DNA of 52,382 nucleotides from Cyanobacteriota bacterium (GTDB taxonomy: Bacteria > Cyanobacteriota > Cyanobacteriia > Thermostichales > Thermostichaceae). Below are positions 1 through 9,839 of this stretch, piece after piece. Position 1 is the first letter of the stretch; the number at the start of each line of letters is the position of its first letter. The notes under the pieces are model-generated. The model made no database searches. It was not told the DNA's origin and saw nothing but the letters and a program-made list of their open reading frames with translations. Location: the NCBI GenBank assembly GCA_033764955.1, contig JANRIL010000025.1, positions 1-52,382 on the forward strand, written 5' to 3'. Made by a program: the position numbers and the translations under genes.

Positions 1-905
1 TAGGGATCCTTTGGCAAAGACTTGCTCGCCAACTGCTCATAAATTTTGGCATCTACTAAAAAGCGAAACCAGAAAGCTTGTAAAACCCCGTAGATTAACC
101 CAACTTTTCCATCTAAAAAACCCAACCGAAGGATATAGCTATACAGAAAAAACAGAAAAGCTCTTCCAAACAAGGGGGTTCGATAGTAGAGTTTGTTTTT
201 TAGCCATCGTTTTTGCATGCGGGGATCCCCAGATAAATCGGCTTTAAGGGTCATTGATGCCTGGTAAGACTCGTCCGACTGCAAAACTTCGACAGCTTCT
301 AAGGTAGACCAGCGATTGTGGCTATACGTCCATTTTTCCAGCGTAACAAGCTGTAAATCATGCAAAATTCCCTTCAGTTTGGCTGTTTTTCCCTGCACAA
401 TAAAATGTTGATCATAAAGTCTTTCTTCGCATTGTCCAGAGCCAGCCTTAAAGAGTCTTAAATGCCAGTTTGGATTCAGATGTCCATGTCGGATAGGTTT
501 TCCCAAAAAATAGGTTAGCCGTTTAATTAAATAGCCATCGATATCCGGCAAAGGATTGGCAAGCACCTGTTTGATTTGCCCAGTTAACTCTGGGGAAGCC
601 ACCTCATCGCTATCCAGATGTAAAACCCAGTCATTTGTAGATAAGTCAGCATGGGCTTGTGCCCAATTTCGTTGAGCTGCATAGTTAACAAATTCATGCT
701 GAACAACTTCTGTGGAGTAAGATCGAGCAATGTCGAGGGTTTTATCGGAGCTAAACGAATCAACGATCAAAATACGTGAGCCTATAGAATGAACAGATTC
801 TATCACCTTTGAAATGGAGCTTTCAGAGTTATAGGTCAAAATAATTACGGTGAGATGAGCAGGCAAATCAATAGTTTCAGAAGATATTTTAGAAGATAAA
901 TTCAT
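1..905 (-). CDS. Glycosyltransferase family 2 (beta-1,4-glucosyltransferase/WaaE-like), about 301 aa; stop codon falls at the window edge
   Basis: Missing from the ORF track because the stop is cut off. ATG at 905-903 reads MNLSSKISSETIDLPAHLTVIILTYNSE..IVDSFSSDKT..NYAAQRNWA..WVLHLDSDE..RLFK..LGFLDGKVG..KSLPKDP, then TA at positions 2-1. The GT2 motifs (TYN, DSFSSD, LDSDE) are present. AT-rich. Confidence 0.9.
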   Translation of the reverse strand, partial: MNLSSKISSETIDLPAHLTVIILTYNSESSISKVIESVHSIGSRILIVDSFSSDKTLDIARSYSTEVVQHEFVNYAAQRNWAQAHADLSTNDWVLHLDSDEVASPELTGQIKQVLANPLPDIDGYLIKRLTYFLGKPIRHGHLNPNWHLRLFKAGSGQCEERLYDQHFIVQGKTAKLKGILHDLQLVTLEKWTYSHNRWSTLEAVEVLQSDESYQASMTLKADLSGDPRMQKRWLKNKLYYRTPLFGRAFLFFLYSYILRLGFLDGKVGLIYGVLQAFWFRFLVDAKIYEQLASKSLPKDP

Positions 906-978
906 AATAGGTAGATGTGTATCTGTGTGATATCTGATGGGTAATATCTGTAAGTGTGAAAGGCTAATTTCACTCGGT

Positions 979-1641
979 CTATTGGCCGACGGAGTTTTTA
1001 TCTTTTAGGATTCTTGGTTTGATTGGACGACAGGGATGACCCGCACAAACCATCCAAGCGGGCATATTTTTGGTCACTACGGAACGGGCACCAATCACGG
1101 CTCCAGTGGCAATGGTAATACCAGGGCAGACAAAGGCTTCAGCACAAACCCAAACCCGATCTTCGATCTCAATCGGCTCAGCATAAAGTGGGAAATTGGG
1201 ATCCTCATAGTCATGGGATCCGGTACAAAGATGGGATCCCTGGGAGATGACCACATGATCCCCTACACGAATCTTAGCCATCGAATAGCAGGTTACCTCA
1301 TCGCCAATTCCCACATAATCGGCTAATTCTAAATTCCAGGGTGCCCAGATTTTGGCACTGGGATAGACATGACAACATTTGCCAACCTTGGCTCCAAAAC
1401 AGCGCAACAAAAAGGAACGCCACTCATGCAGAGGACGAGGTGACGGGCGAAAGAGTAAGACATAGCCAATAGACCAAACCACTCGGGCAAGTCGGTTAGA
1501 TAAGGAAAAACTGGCCTGGGTGTGGGCATCTTGATTCGATAGGATGCCTAAATTTTGGGATGGGTTGATGATCGGGGTTGCCGCCACTGGATCGGCTGAT
1601 AGAGGGGCAGCCTCATCCTGGCTTGCTGATGATTGATCCAT
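979..1641 (-). CDS. WcaF-like hexapeptide-repeat (LbH) acetyltransferase for polysaccharide modification
   Basis: WRSFLLRCFGAKVG, IWAPWNLEL, ISQGSHLCTGSHDY, VIGARSVVTKNMP, GHPC motifs. Start chosen at ATG 1641; the ORF is open to 1695. Confidence 0.85.
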   Translation of the reverse strand: MDQSSASQDEAAPLSADPVAATPIINPSQNLGILSNQDAHTQASFSLSNRLARVVWSIGYVLLFRPSPRPLHEWRSFLLRCFGAKVGKCCHVYPSAKIWAPWNLELADYVGIGDEVTCYSMAKIRVGDHVVISQGSHLCTGSHDYEDPNFPLYAEPIEIEDRVWVCAEAFVCPGITIATGAVIGARSVVTKNMPAWMVCAGHPCRPIKPRILKDKNSVGQ

Positions 1642-1704
1642 AAAGCATCCTCGTATCAAAAGGGGAGAGGGATCCCGTTCTTTATCCCTCCGCATCGAGA
1701 ATGA

Positions 1705-3054
1705 TTATAGGGGGCGATGGCGGCGATACCAACGCATCAACATTCGCGCCAATAAATCAGGATTATGACGAATCAATCCCGTTGAGGTGTCTTCGGTCAT
1801 CACATTAGCCAAAACCGCTCGACAGCCCAAAAAGGCCAACTTATCAGTATCGAGGCCGACGGGTTCCGCTCCCACCTGATGATAGCGGGCGAGGGTTTGC
1901 TCCGAAGGCGGCTGCTTCTGCACCAATACCCCATCAAACAGGCGGGTTCCTGCCACTCGATCCAAGGCCATGACATGATCCCCCACGCTATACCCGGTGG
2001 TTTCTCCTGGCTCCGTCATAATGTTACAGACATAGATGTGGGGCGCGGCATTATCAGCAATCGCTTCCACAATCTCTGGAATCAGCAAATTGGGGACAAT
2101 ACTGGTGTAGAGACTACCAGGGCCAAGGATGATAAAGTCGGCTTCTCGAATCGCTTCGATGGCTTCCTTGACTGCTGGGGGGTGAGGGGGTTGGCAGCCC
2201 ACCCGCACAATCTGCCCACGGGCTTTGCCAATATTCGACTCCCCCACGACGCGCCGCCCATCCGCAAGCTCAGCCCAGAGGGTGACATCGGTTAGGGTTG
2301 AGGGGAGCACTCGCCCTTGAATGGCTAATACCTGCGATGTTGCGCTGATGGCCTGGATTAAATTACCTCCTGTGACAGCGGTCAGCGCGGTGATAAACAA
2401 ATTGCCGAAACTGTGACCCGTCAGGCCGTCCCCAGCTTCAAAGCGATATTGAAACAGTTCTGTTAACAGCTTTTCTTCACTGGCGAGGGCAGTCAGGCAG
2501 TTGCGGATATCCCCTGGCGGCAACACCCCAATCTCCCGCCGCAAACGCCCTGAGGATCCGCCATCATCGGCCACCGTCACCACAGCCGTAATGTTAGAGC
2601 TATAGTGCTTCAGCCCCCTCAGCAAAGTAGAGAGTCCGGTTCCTCCCCCCAAGACAACGATTTTGGGACCACGATTGAGCCGCCGCCGCGAGAGCAGCCG
2701 ATCGATCAGTTCTTCCTCATCCCCTTCGGGAATCAAGACATCCGTAATGGACTGGATCGCACTTCGCACCCCCAAAACCACTAAACCCAAGCCGAGCAAG
2801 GTCACCAGCGGCCCGCTGATATGGTTAGGCACCAGCCTTGTGATCAGGCTGAGGGTTTGATCCAACAGTTGCTTCAGGCGAAAAATCGGGGTGAGTTCTG
2901 ACCAGATGGCGATCCCCAAAGCCGTCAGCAGAACCCCGCCAATGGCGAGAGAAAACCAGCGCTTGATCGAGAGACCAGGAGATAACCACTTCCCCCATTG
3001 TCCTAGCCGTCCCCCCAGGGCTTTGACGGGATCCGTTCCATCACGCTTGGGCAT
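1705..3054 (-). CDS. yvcK: YvcK/GlmR family (UPF0052, CofD-like) UDP-GlcNAc-binding protein with cyanobacterial N-terminal membrane segment
   Basis: [68 protein letters not shown] motifs; two N-terminal hydrophobic helices. The start overlaps the rapZ stop. Confidence 0.92.
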   Translation of the reverse strand: MPKRDGTDPVKALGGRLGQWGKWLSPGLSIKRWFSLAIGGVLLTALGIAIWSELTPIFRLKQLLDQTLSLITRLVPNHISGPLVTLLGLGLVVLGVRSAIQSITDVLIPEGDEEELIDRLLSRRRLNRGPKIVVLGGGTGLSTLLRGLKHYSSNITAVVTVADDGGSSGRLRREIGVLPPGDIRNCLTALASEEKLLTELFQYRFEAGDGLTGHSFGNLFITALTAVTGGNLIQAISATSQVLAIQGRVLPSTLTDVTLWAELADGRRVVGESNIGKARGQIVRVGCQPPHPPAVKEAIEAIREADFIILGPGSLYTSIVPNLLIPEIVEAIADNAAPHIYVCNIMTEPGETTGYSVGDHVMALDRVAGTRLFDGVLVQKQPPSEQTLARYHQVGAEPVGLDTDKLAFLGCRAVLANVMTEDTSTGLIRHNPDLLARMLMRWYRRHRPL

Positions 3055-4012
3055 GGGGAGTGGCTCCTGAGGCTGACAAGGGATCCGCAAACAGTTTGGC
3101 TAGCTCTGCTTGGGAGCGGGCGAGGTGGCGGTGGTGGATCAGCCAGTGATATCCCTCCGGCAACGCTTCCGCCAGGGCTGGACGGAGCCGTTCCACCAAG
3201 CCGACCGAGCGGTGCTGTCCCCCTGTACATCCAATAGCGATGGTGACCTGTGAGCGGCGTTCTGAGCGAAAGTGCGGCAAAAACTGCTGCACCGTGGTTT
3301 GGATATGGTGATAAGTGGATTGGGTGACAGCCTCCCCAAACAAAAACTGTTGAATCGGCAGATCCTGACCAGTTAGGAGACGCAACTCCGGCACAAAATA
3401 GGGATTGGGCAAAAACCGCACATCAAAGACCAAGTTGGCATCCAAAGGGATCCCATACTTAAAACCAAAACTGAGTAGGGTGACCGTGAGGGGCAATGGC
3501 TCTTGCGTCAGGCAATCTTGCAGGCGTTGCCGCAGTTGCACCCCATTCCAAAGGGAGGTATCCAGCACCCAATCCGACTCCTCCCGCAGACCAGACAGGG
3601 CGATCCGTTCCTGCTGAATGGCTTCCAGCAGTCCACCTGGGGAATGGGCGAATGGACTATGGACGCAATAGGGGTGGGGGCGGCGGTTGGCACTCAAGCG
3701 ACTGACCAAAACCGCATCAGCAGCCTCCAAAAAGAGGAGCTGAGTTTGCCCATCGGGAAATCGTTCCGCCAGCCAATTTCTCAGCCAAGGGAGATCCTCC
3801 TGCCATTCCCTCACCCGCAGATCGAGTACCACCGCTAACCGCGGATAGTGGGCTTGCCAGAAAGGGATCCCGGCCAACAAGAGCTTGGGGGGCAGAGCCT
3901 CGACTCCCACATAGCCCAACTGCTCTAGCTGCTGAACAGCCAGAGTTTTGCCGGATCCCGTCAGGCCAGCAATCAGCAACAGAGACTTCAGTTTAGATTG
4001 AGTTTCGGACAT
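3041..4012 (-). CDS. rapZ: RapZ/YvcJ family P-loop nucleotide-binding protein (RNase adapter-like)
   Basis: Walker [64 protein letters not shown]. Real start is ATG 4012 preceded by GAGG; the track's extension to 4348 overlaps the divergent gene. Confidence 0.93.
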   Translation of the reverse strand: MSETQSKLKSLLLIAGLTGSGKTLAVQQLEQLGYVGVEALPPKLLLAGIPFWQAHYPRLAVVLDLRVREWQEDLPWLRNWLAERFPDGQTQLLFLEAADAVLVSRLSANRRPHPYCVHSPFAHSPGGLLEAIQQERIALSGLREESDWVLDTSLWNGVQLRQRLQDCLTQEPLPLTVTLLSFGFKYGIPLDANLVFDVRFLPNPYFVPELRLLTGQDLPIQQFLFGEAVTQSTYHHIQTTVQQFLPHFRSERRSQVTIAIGCTGGQHRSVGLVERLRPALAEALPEGYHWLIHHRHLARSQAELAKLFADPLSASGATPHAQA

Positions 4013-4189
4013 AACCTCTATTTTAGGGCGGGCGGGAATCGAGAGTATCCGTGGGATGGAGAACCCTCTCAATTTGATGCGGTTGCTATGCTCAGGTGTG
4101 TTGCGGATCCTCCTCTGAAAACTGGCCTGTGCGTGGTCAGGGGGAACGGATCGATTAAAATTCAGGAGGAATGCAAGGAGGACATTGGC

Positions 4190-4645
4190 TTGAGCGATCC
4201 CAATTCTTCTAAAACCCCTGATGTGGCTGACTGGCTGACCCGTGCCCGTCGGATTTTTTATGGCACGGCTACCGCTTTGGTAGAAATTATTCAGGATCCG
4301 GACAAGCGCAGCGAAAACCTCAACAAACTCTCCCTCGATCTCAATCAATTGGCGGATGAATTAGCCATCAAAGGCGAGATCACCGAACAAGAGGCGCTGC
4401 GTTTCATTGAACAGATCAATCAGCAAAACACCGCTGATTCCTCATCAGCTCCCCCCGACGACGCCAGTAGCCCGGTTTCTCCCCCGCCCCCCGCCCCCCC
4501 ACCTGCCCCCGAGGGATCCCCAACCCCACAGGTTAGCTCCGATGAAATTTCTGAGTTGATGGAACTGACCCGTCAGATCGAGTCGTTGCGGATGGATCTG
4601 GAGCGGCTGCGTACCCAGGATCCCCCTGCGGATCCCCCCAGCTAA
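4190..4645 (+). CDS. Conserved cyanobacterial hypothetical coiled-coil protein (phasin-like KGEITEQEA motif, Pro-rich linker)
   Basis: TTG start at 4190 after an AAGGAGG Shine-Dalgarno; helical N-domain ..ELAIKGEITEQEALRFIE, Pro-rich linker, C-terminal coiled coil ELMELTRQIESLRMDLERLR. Confidence 0.7.
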   Translation: MSDPNSSKTPDVADWLTRARRIFYGTATALVEIIQDPDKRSENLNKLSLDLNQLADELAIKGEITEQEALRFIEQINQQNTADSSSAPPDDASSPVSPPPPAPPPAPEGSPTPQVSSDEISELMELTRQIESLRMDLERLRTQDPPADPPS

Positions 4646-4705
4646 GGGATCCCACAACCTTCTAAGATACTCCTCTCCTCCTCTGCTTTGGGATGAACCT
4701 GTCCT

Positions 4706-5449
4706 GTGCGTATCGATGTTGTCACCCTTTTCCCTAGCTTTTTTGCCTCCCCGTTGCAAACCGGGTTGTTGGGCAAAGCCCTCGATCAGGGGATTGCTGA
4801 AGTGATCTTGACCAACCCACGCGATTTTGCCGCCGACAAACATCGCCGCGTCGATGATGAATGCTATGGGGGTGGGGTGGGGATGCTGCTGAAGCCAGAA
4901 CCCCTGTTTGCCGCCGTCGGATCGTTGCCCCACCTACCCGATCGGCAAGTGATTTTGATGACTCCCCAGGGAGAACCCCTTTCCCAGCCCATGCTTTGGG
5001 AATTAGCCCGCCTTTCTCAGATGGTGATCGTCTGTGGACATTATGAGGGAGTGGACGAACGGGTGCGGCTTCATTTGGTCACCCGTGAGATTTCCTTGGG
5101 GGATTTTGTCTTGACCTGCGGGGAGATTCCTGCCCTTGCCTTGATCAACGGTGTGGTTCGCCTCTTGCCAGGAACGGTGGGCAAAGTAGACTCATTAAAG
5201 TTGGAGAGTTTTGAGGCGGGATTGCTGGACTATCCCCAGTACACCCGCCCCCCCAACTATCAAGGGTGGAAGGTGCCGGAGGTTTTGCTGTCGGGAAATC
5301 ATCAGGCGATTGCCCGCTGGCGACGACAACAGCAACTATTGCGAACCTGGCAACGTCGTCCGGATCTATTGGCGAAAACCCCTCTGATGCCCCAAGATCA
5401 AGAGGATTTGCAACGAATCATGGAGGATCCCGATGCCTTGGATTCATAA
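4706..5449 (+). CDS. trmD: tRNA (guanine37-N1)-methyltransferase
   Basis: MRIDVVTLFP, VDDECYGGGVGMLLKPEP, CGHYEGVDER, SLGDFVLTCGE, LLDYPQYTRP, LSGNH. Confidence 0.97.
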   Translation: MRIDVVTLFPSFFASPLQTGLLGKALDQGIAEVILTNPRDFAADKHRRVDDECYGGGVGMLLKPEPLFAAVGSLPHLPDRQVILMTPQGEPLSQPMLWELARLSQMVIVCGHYEGVDERVRLHLVTREISLGDFVLTCGEIPALALINGVVRLLPGTVGKVDSLKLESFEAGLLDYPQYTRPPNYQGWKVPEVLLSGNHQAIARWRRQQQLLRTWQRRPDLLAKTPLMPQDQEDLQRIMEDPDALDS

Positions 5450-5798
5450 TCAGCGTTCTTGTCCGGCTAGCCGCTCCTCTCGATGGGGAATTGCCCTCTG
5501 GGGGGTGATGCTGAGTGGTCTGCTGGTGGCAACAGCCAGTTTCGCGCAAAACTATGATGTGAACGATGCCACGGCGCGACGGGGCAAAGGCAACACCAAC
5601 CTATTTAGTGGGACTAGCATTGAGCTGCATGATTTGATGCAAGCGGCAGAAGCCCTAGGGAGCCGCACCCCTCCCCCTCAACAACAGGAAAAGTCCTTGG
5701 ATCAGGCGATTGATCAGTTTAATCAGTCCCGCCAACCCAGCGTGACCATTCAACCGAGTGGTGGAGAAGCAGGGCAAGAGGACACGGCTAGCCCATAA
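5433..5798 (+). CDS. Small secreted/exported hypothetical protein
   Basis: Sec-type signal (..WGIALWGVMLSGLLVATASFA|QNY) followed by a polar mature region; exact start uncertain. Confidence 0.6.
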   Translation: MPWIHNQRSCPASRSSRWGIALWGVMLSGLLVATASFAQNYDVNDATARRGKGNTNLFSGTSIELHDLMQAAEALGSRTPPPQQQEKSLDQAIDQFNQSRQPSVTIQPSGGEAGQEDTASP

Positions 5799-5960
5799 AC
5801 CGATGGAGGACATCGGAAATTTTTGGATCCCGGCGGGATTATGTCAACGGTAGGGCGTGGGAGTGAGGCATCCCAAGTATACTGGTTAGCGTGCAAGCCC
5901 CCTCCTGTCTAGAGGCTCAGGGGGAAGAGGGCCAACGAACCTGACCTCTGGAGGTATCTC

Positions 5961-6716
5961 ATGACCAAGATCGTCTCCGTCCACTCGTTTCGCGGCGGAA
6001 CTGGGAAATCAAACCTCACCGCCAATCTGTCTTCGGCAGTTGCGAGTACGGGCAAACGAGTCGGCATCGTCGATACCGATATCCAATCCCCAGGGATCCA
6101 TGTGTTATTTGGCATGGACGAAGAAAAAGTGGGGCGTGCCCTCAACGATTATTTGTGGGGACGTTGTGCCATCGAAGAAGCCGCTTATGATGTAACTCCA
6201 CCCCCCGTCAAAACCAACCGTGGTGTGGTTTATCTGGTTCCCTCCAGCATCAAAGCCGGAGAAATTGCCCGCGTGTTGCGAGAGGGCTATGATGTCGGAC
6301 TGCTCAATGATGGCTTTCAGGAGTTGATCCGCAAGCTAAAGTTAGACTATTTGTTTATTGATACCCATCCTGGGCTGAACGAAGAGACCCTTCTCTCCAT
6401 CACGATTTCTGATGCGTTGGTGTTGATTCTCCGTCCGGATCGGCAGGATTTTCAGGGCACGGCAGTCACCGTGGATGTGGCTCGCAAACTGGAGGTTCCC
6501 AAGATGATCTTGGTGGTGAACAAAGCCCTGCCGTCCTTTGATTTTGAAAAGATGAAGCGCCAAGTGGAAGCAACTTATAAAGCCAATGTGGGAGGGATCC
6601 TCCCCCTTTCGGAGGAGATGGTGCAACTGGCGAGTAGCGGTATTTTTAGTCTGCGCTTTCCCAATCACGCTTGGAGTAAAACCCTGCGGCAAATTGCGGC
6701 TCAAGTGATGGCTTGA
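5961..6716 (+). CDS. MinD/ParA/FlhG-family ATPase (FRGGTGKS subfamily)
   Basis: Deviant Walker A HSFRGGTGKSN, VDTDIQSPG, Walker B LFIDTHPG, VVNK; GGAGG ribosome-binding site upstream. Confidence 0.88.
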   Translation: MTKIVSVHSFRGGTGKSNLTANLSSAVASTGKRVGIVDTDIQSPGIHVLFGMDEEKVGRALNDYLWGRCAIEEAAYDVTPPPVKTNRGVVYLVPSSIKAGEIARVLREGYDVGLLNDGFQELIRKLKLDYLFIDTHPGLNEETLLSITISDALVLILRPDRQDFQGTAVTVDVARKLEVPKMILVVNKALPSFDFEKMKRQVEATYKANVGGILPLSEEMVQLASSGIFSLRFPNHAWSKTLRQIAAQVMA

Positions 6717-6768
6717 GAGATTGCCAAAGCAGAATAGTGCATCTCATGGTTGATCTCCCTGAGAGCTT

Positions 6769-9204
6769 TTAGCCAATCCGCAAGGGATCCACATCCACAC
6801 TCAGGCGGATGCCGCTGGGGCTTTTGTGCAGGATATTTTGGAGGTAGTTGGCGAGAGGCTCCTGTTTCCAGGCTAAGGGATCCCGGCCTTTCAGCAAGAT
6901 TTGCCAGCGATACCAACCGCTCACCCGTTCGATTTGGGCTGGACTAGCCCCTAAAACCTCCACCGGATCCGACAGGGGGAGGGTGGCTAGCTCTTCCCCC
7001 AGACGGTGGGCATAGTCAGCTACTTTTTCGGGGGTCAACCCACTCAAGCGCAGGAGAAGCAAGGCGCAACTGGGGGGGTATCTGGCCTCGTGGCGATGCT
7101 GCATTTCTTGGTTGACAAACTGGGTATAGTCATAGGTCTGCACCGCCTGGAGAGTGGGGTGTTCAGGCAAATAGGTTTGGATCAAGACTTGACTGGGGGT
7201 GTTGCCCCGTCCCGCCCGCCCCGCCACCTGGGTCAGCACTTGGAAGGTGCGTTCACTGGCGCGAAAGTCAGACTGGTGCAGCAAACCGTCGGCGGCCACA
7301 ACCCCCACCAAGGTGACCTGGGGAATATCGATCCCTTTGGTGAGCATCTGGGTTCCCACCAGCACATCCGCTTCTCCGCGTCCAAATTGTTCCAGCAACT
7401 CTCGATGGGATCCCTTGCGGCTGGTGGTATCACTGTCAAAACGCAACACCCGCAGTTCCGGCCAGGTTTGTTGCAGGGTTTCCACCACTTTTTGGGTGCC
7501 ACTGCCAAACTGCTTGAGATAGGGAGAAGCACAGTGGGGACAGGTGGGTGGGAAGGGTTGGCGATCTCCGCAGTAATGGCAACGTAACTGCTGCCCCACC
7601 TGATGAAAGGTCAAGGACACATCACAGTGGCGACAGCCCAACGCCACCCCACAGGAGCGACACAAAACAAAGGTGCTATGACCCCGCCGTGGCACAAACA
7701 AAATCGTTTGCTGCTGTTGGGCGGCGGCCTGCTGAAGAGCCTGCTGAAGGGAATAGCTGAACACGGAACGATTACCCGCCTCTAGCTCCCGCCGCATATC
7801 GATCAGATGGATGGGGGGAAGCTCCCCGGTCATGCCCTGCTGCGGGATCCGTTGGGTGAGGGTGAGGGGGATGACGGATCCCTGGCGGGTGGCGCTAACA
7901 GTTTCGAGGGCGGGGGTGGCGGATCCCAACACCACCGGACAGTTAGCCTGCTGACTGCGCCAGAGAGCGACGGTGCGGGCGTGGTAGCAGGGTTGTGGCT
8001 GATCTTGCTTGTAGCTTTCGTCATGCTCTTCGTCCAAAACGATCATGCCCAAAGCGGGCAAGGGGGCAAAGATAGCGGAGCGGGTGCCGATCACCACCTG
8101 GGGCTGAGGTCGCAGCATCTGCCGCCAACTGTCAAACCGTTCTCCATCGGATAAGCCACTGTGATAGACCAAAACCTGGGATCCAAAACGGGCGCGAAAC
8201 CGATCCGTAAGCTGGGGGGTAAGGCCAATTTCTGGCACCAACACTAGGGCGGAGGATCCCTGTTGCAAGACGGCGGCAATCGTTTGCAGATAAACCTCGG
8301 TTTTGCCCGATCCGGTGACGCCGTGCAGCAAAAACGTTTGGGGGGATCCCAGAGAGCGGGTAACGGTCTGCACCGCTTCTGCCTGCTCAGGGGTGAGGGC
8401 ACGGGGGCGATCCCGATCTAGCGGGGGCTGGGATCCCAAGCGTAACGATTCCCGTAGCTCTACGTGCAATCGACCCTTGCGTGCCAGGGTTTGTACTATC
8501 TGGCGGGATCCCCCCGTTTGCGCCAAAAAATCGCTCAGCCACAGATCCCCCCCCAGTCGCTTGAGGGTAAGCAGCAGTTCCTGCTGGGGAGGGGTGAGAC
8601 CCTCAGGGGTATCGTCGCAGAGGGTGATGGCCTGCTGCCGTTTCGGTCGGAGGGTTTCCACGGCTCGCCAATAGCTTTTGACCAACCCCTGCCGCCGCAA
8701 TTCCTGGAGGGCTTGGCTGGCTTGAGGAATTTGCCGCTTCAGATAAAGCCATGCCAGATCCCCTTTTTTGGCCTGCAAAAGCTGGAGCAGGGCCAGCGCG
8801 GCTGGGGAAAGGGAGAGATCGGACGGTGACGGGCGAGATCCCACCAATTGGATGCGCCGTTGCGAACGGGTCAATAATCCGGCGGGCAAAACCGTGCGGA
8901 TCACCTGGGCGAGGGGGGTGAAGTAATAGGCGGCCACCTGCTGCAAGAGTTCCCAACAGTCGGGAGGCAACAACCCCGCCATCACCACTTCTTCAATCGG
9001 TCGCACCTGCTGGGGAGACAAATCGGCGGGACATTCCCTCAGCCAACCCAAGACAATACCCGCCAGAGATTGTCCGCCAAAGGGAACCAACACTAAGTCC
9101 CCCACGTCTACCCGCATCCACTCCGGCACAACATAGGTATAACAGCCACTCATCTGAGGGCTATCCACCCAAACTTCCAACCAGCCAGGGATCCCTGCGC
9201 TCAT
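6769..9204 (-). CDS. priA: Primosomal protein N' (replication-restart helicase)
   Basis: LHGVTGSGKTEVY, LVPEIGLTPQ, DEEHD, GSATP, Cys-rich zinc module CRSC..CRHC..CHYC..CPHC, QVAGRAGR, DVDP C-terminus. Confidence 0.97.
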   Translation of the reverse strand: MSAGIPGWLEVWVDSPQMSGCYTYVVPEWMRVDVGDLVLVPFGGQSLAGIVLGWLRECPADLSPQQVRPIEEVVMAGLLPPDCWELLQQVAAYYFTPLAQVIRTVLPAGLLTRSQRRIQLVGSRPSPSDLSLSPAALALLQLLQAKKGDLAWLYLKRQIPQASQALQELRRQGLVKSYWRAVETLRPKRQQAITLCDDTPEGLTPPQQELLLTLKRLGGDLWLSDFLAQTGGSRQIVQTLARKGRLHVELRESLRLGSQPPLDRDRPRALTPEQAEAVQTVTRSLGSPQTFLLHGVTGSGKTEVYLQTIAAVLQQGSSALVLVPEIGLTPQLTDRFRARFGSQVLVYHSGLSDGERFDSWRQMLRPQPQVVIGTRSAIFAPLPALGMIVLDEEHDESYKQDQPQPCYHARTVALWRSQQANCPVVLGSATPALETVSATRQGSVIPLTLTQRIPQQGMTGELPPIHLIDMRRELEAGNRSVFSYSLQQALQQAAAQQQQTILFVPRRGHSTFVLCRSCGVALGCRHCDVSLTFHQVGQQLRCHYCGDRQPFPPTCPHCASPYLKQFGSGTQKVVETLQQTWPELRVLRFDSDTTSRKGSHRELLEQFGRGEADVLVGTQMLTKGIDIPQVTLVGVVAADGLLHQSDFRASERTFQVLTQVAGRAGRGNTPSQVLIQTYLPEHPTLQAVQTYDYTQFVNQEMQHRHEARYPPSCALLLLRLSGLTPEKVADYAHRLGEELATLPLSDPVEVLGASPAQIERVSGWYRWQILLKGRDPLAWKQEPLANYLQNILHKSPSGIRLSVDVDPLRIG

Positions 9205-9351
9205 GCTCCGCCCTAGATCCGCCTGAACTACTATAGCTAGGGATCCCCTCCCTCATCTCCGGTTAGGAATCCGCCAATCAACACCCATTGGGATCCCAGC
9301 GAGTTGTACAATGTCCCTGTTAAAACACTCCTCAAGCCGAGACGTAGAACT

Positions 9352-9825
9352 ATGGGCAGCTTGCTGATGGTAGGGGAACAAACCTACGAAGTCGAACAAC
9401 TCACCGATACGGATCCCCAATGGCGGGGCATCAAGGTCATGGTCAAAAGTGGCACGATGATGTTAGCGGTGGGCACCGAAGTCAAGCTGCAACCGGAGGG
9501 AAGCGAGGAAAGCCAACCCTATCGTGTGAGCATCTGCCTTTCTCCCGCTGCTCCCCGTGGTTGGCGAGTCTTTCTGGAACCCATAACTCGCTCCCTCTCC
9601 CCCCAAACAGCCACCCATACTCCCATCCTGCGGAGCGATTTACCCAATGGGGACAAGATCTTTATCATTAGCGTGGCGGGGGTGATCGGGGAGCAAGTCC
9701 GCCGCAGCGTTGTAGAGTACAAGGTTCCGTTTGCTCGCCTTTCCCAGGAAGTGAAGCGAATTACCAAAGCGGGCGGCAAAATCACCCGCATTACGGAAGC
9801 CGCCACCCTCGGCAGCCTCGGCTAA
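9352..9825 (+). CDS. Protein with C-terminal CpcD/allophycocyanin linker domain and unknown N-terminal domain
   Basis: C-terminal [40 protein letters not shown] matches the CpcD-domain pattern (RRS...VPY.RLS...QRI...GGKI.SI). Confidence 0.8.
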   Translation: MGSLLMVGEQTYEVEQLTDTDPQWRGIKVMVKSGTMMLAVGTEVKLQPEGSEESQPYRVSICLSPAAPRGWRVFLEPITRSLSPQTATHTPILRSDLPNGDKIFIISVAGVIGEQVRRSVVEYKVPFARLSQEVKRITKAGGKITRITEAATLGSLG

Positions 9826-9839
9826 GCCAACCTTGCCCC

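Noticed and set aside
4013..4348. N-terminal extensions of rapZ (to 4348) and of the 3998..4645 ORF given in the track
   Set aside because: They overlap each other head to head; better starts with ribosome-binding sites exist at 4012 (-) and 4190 (+).
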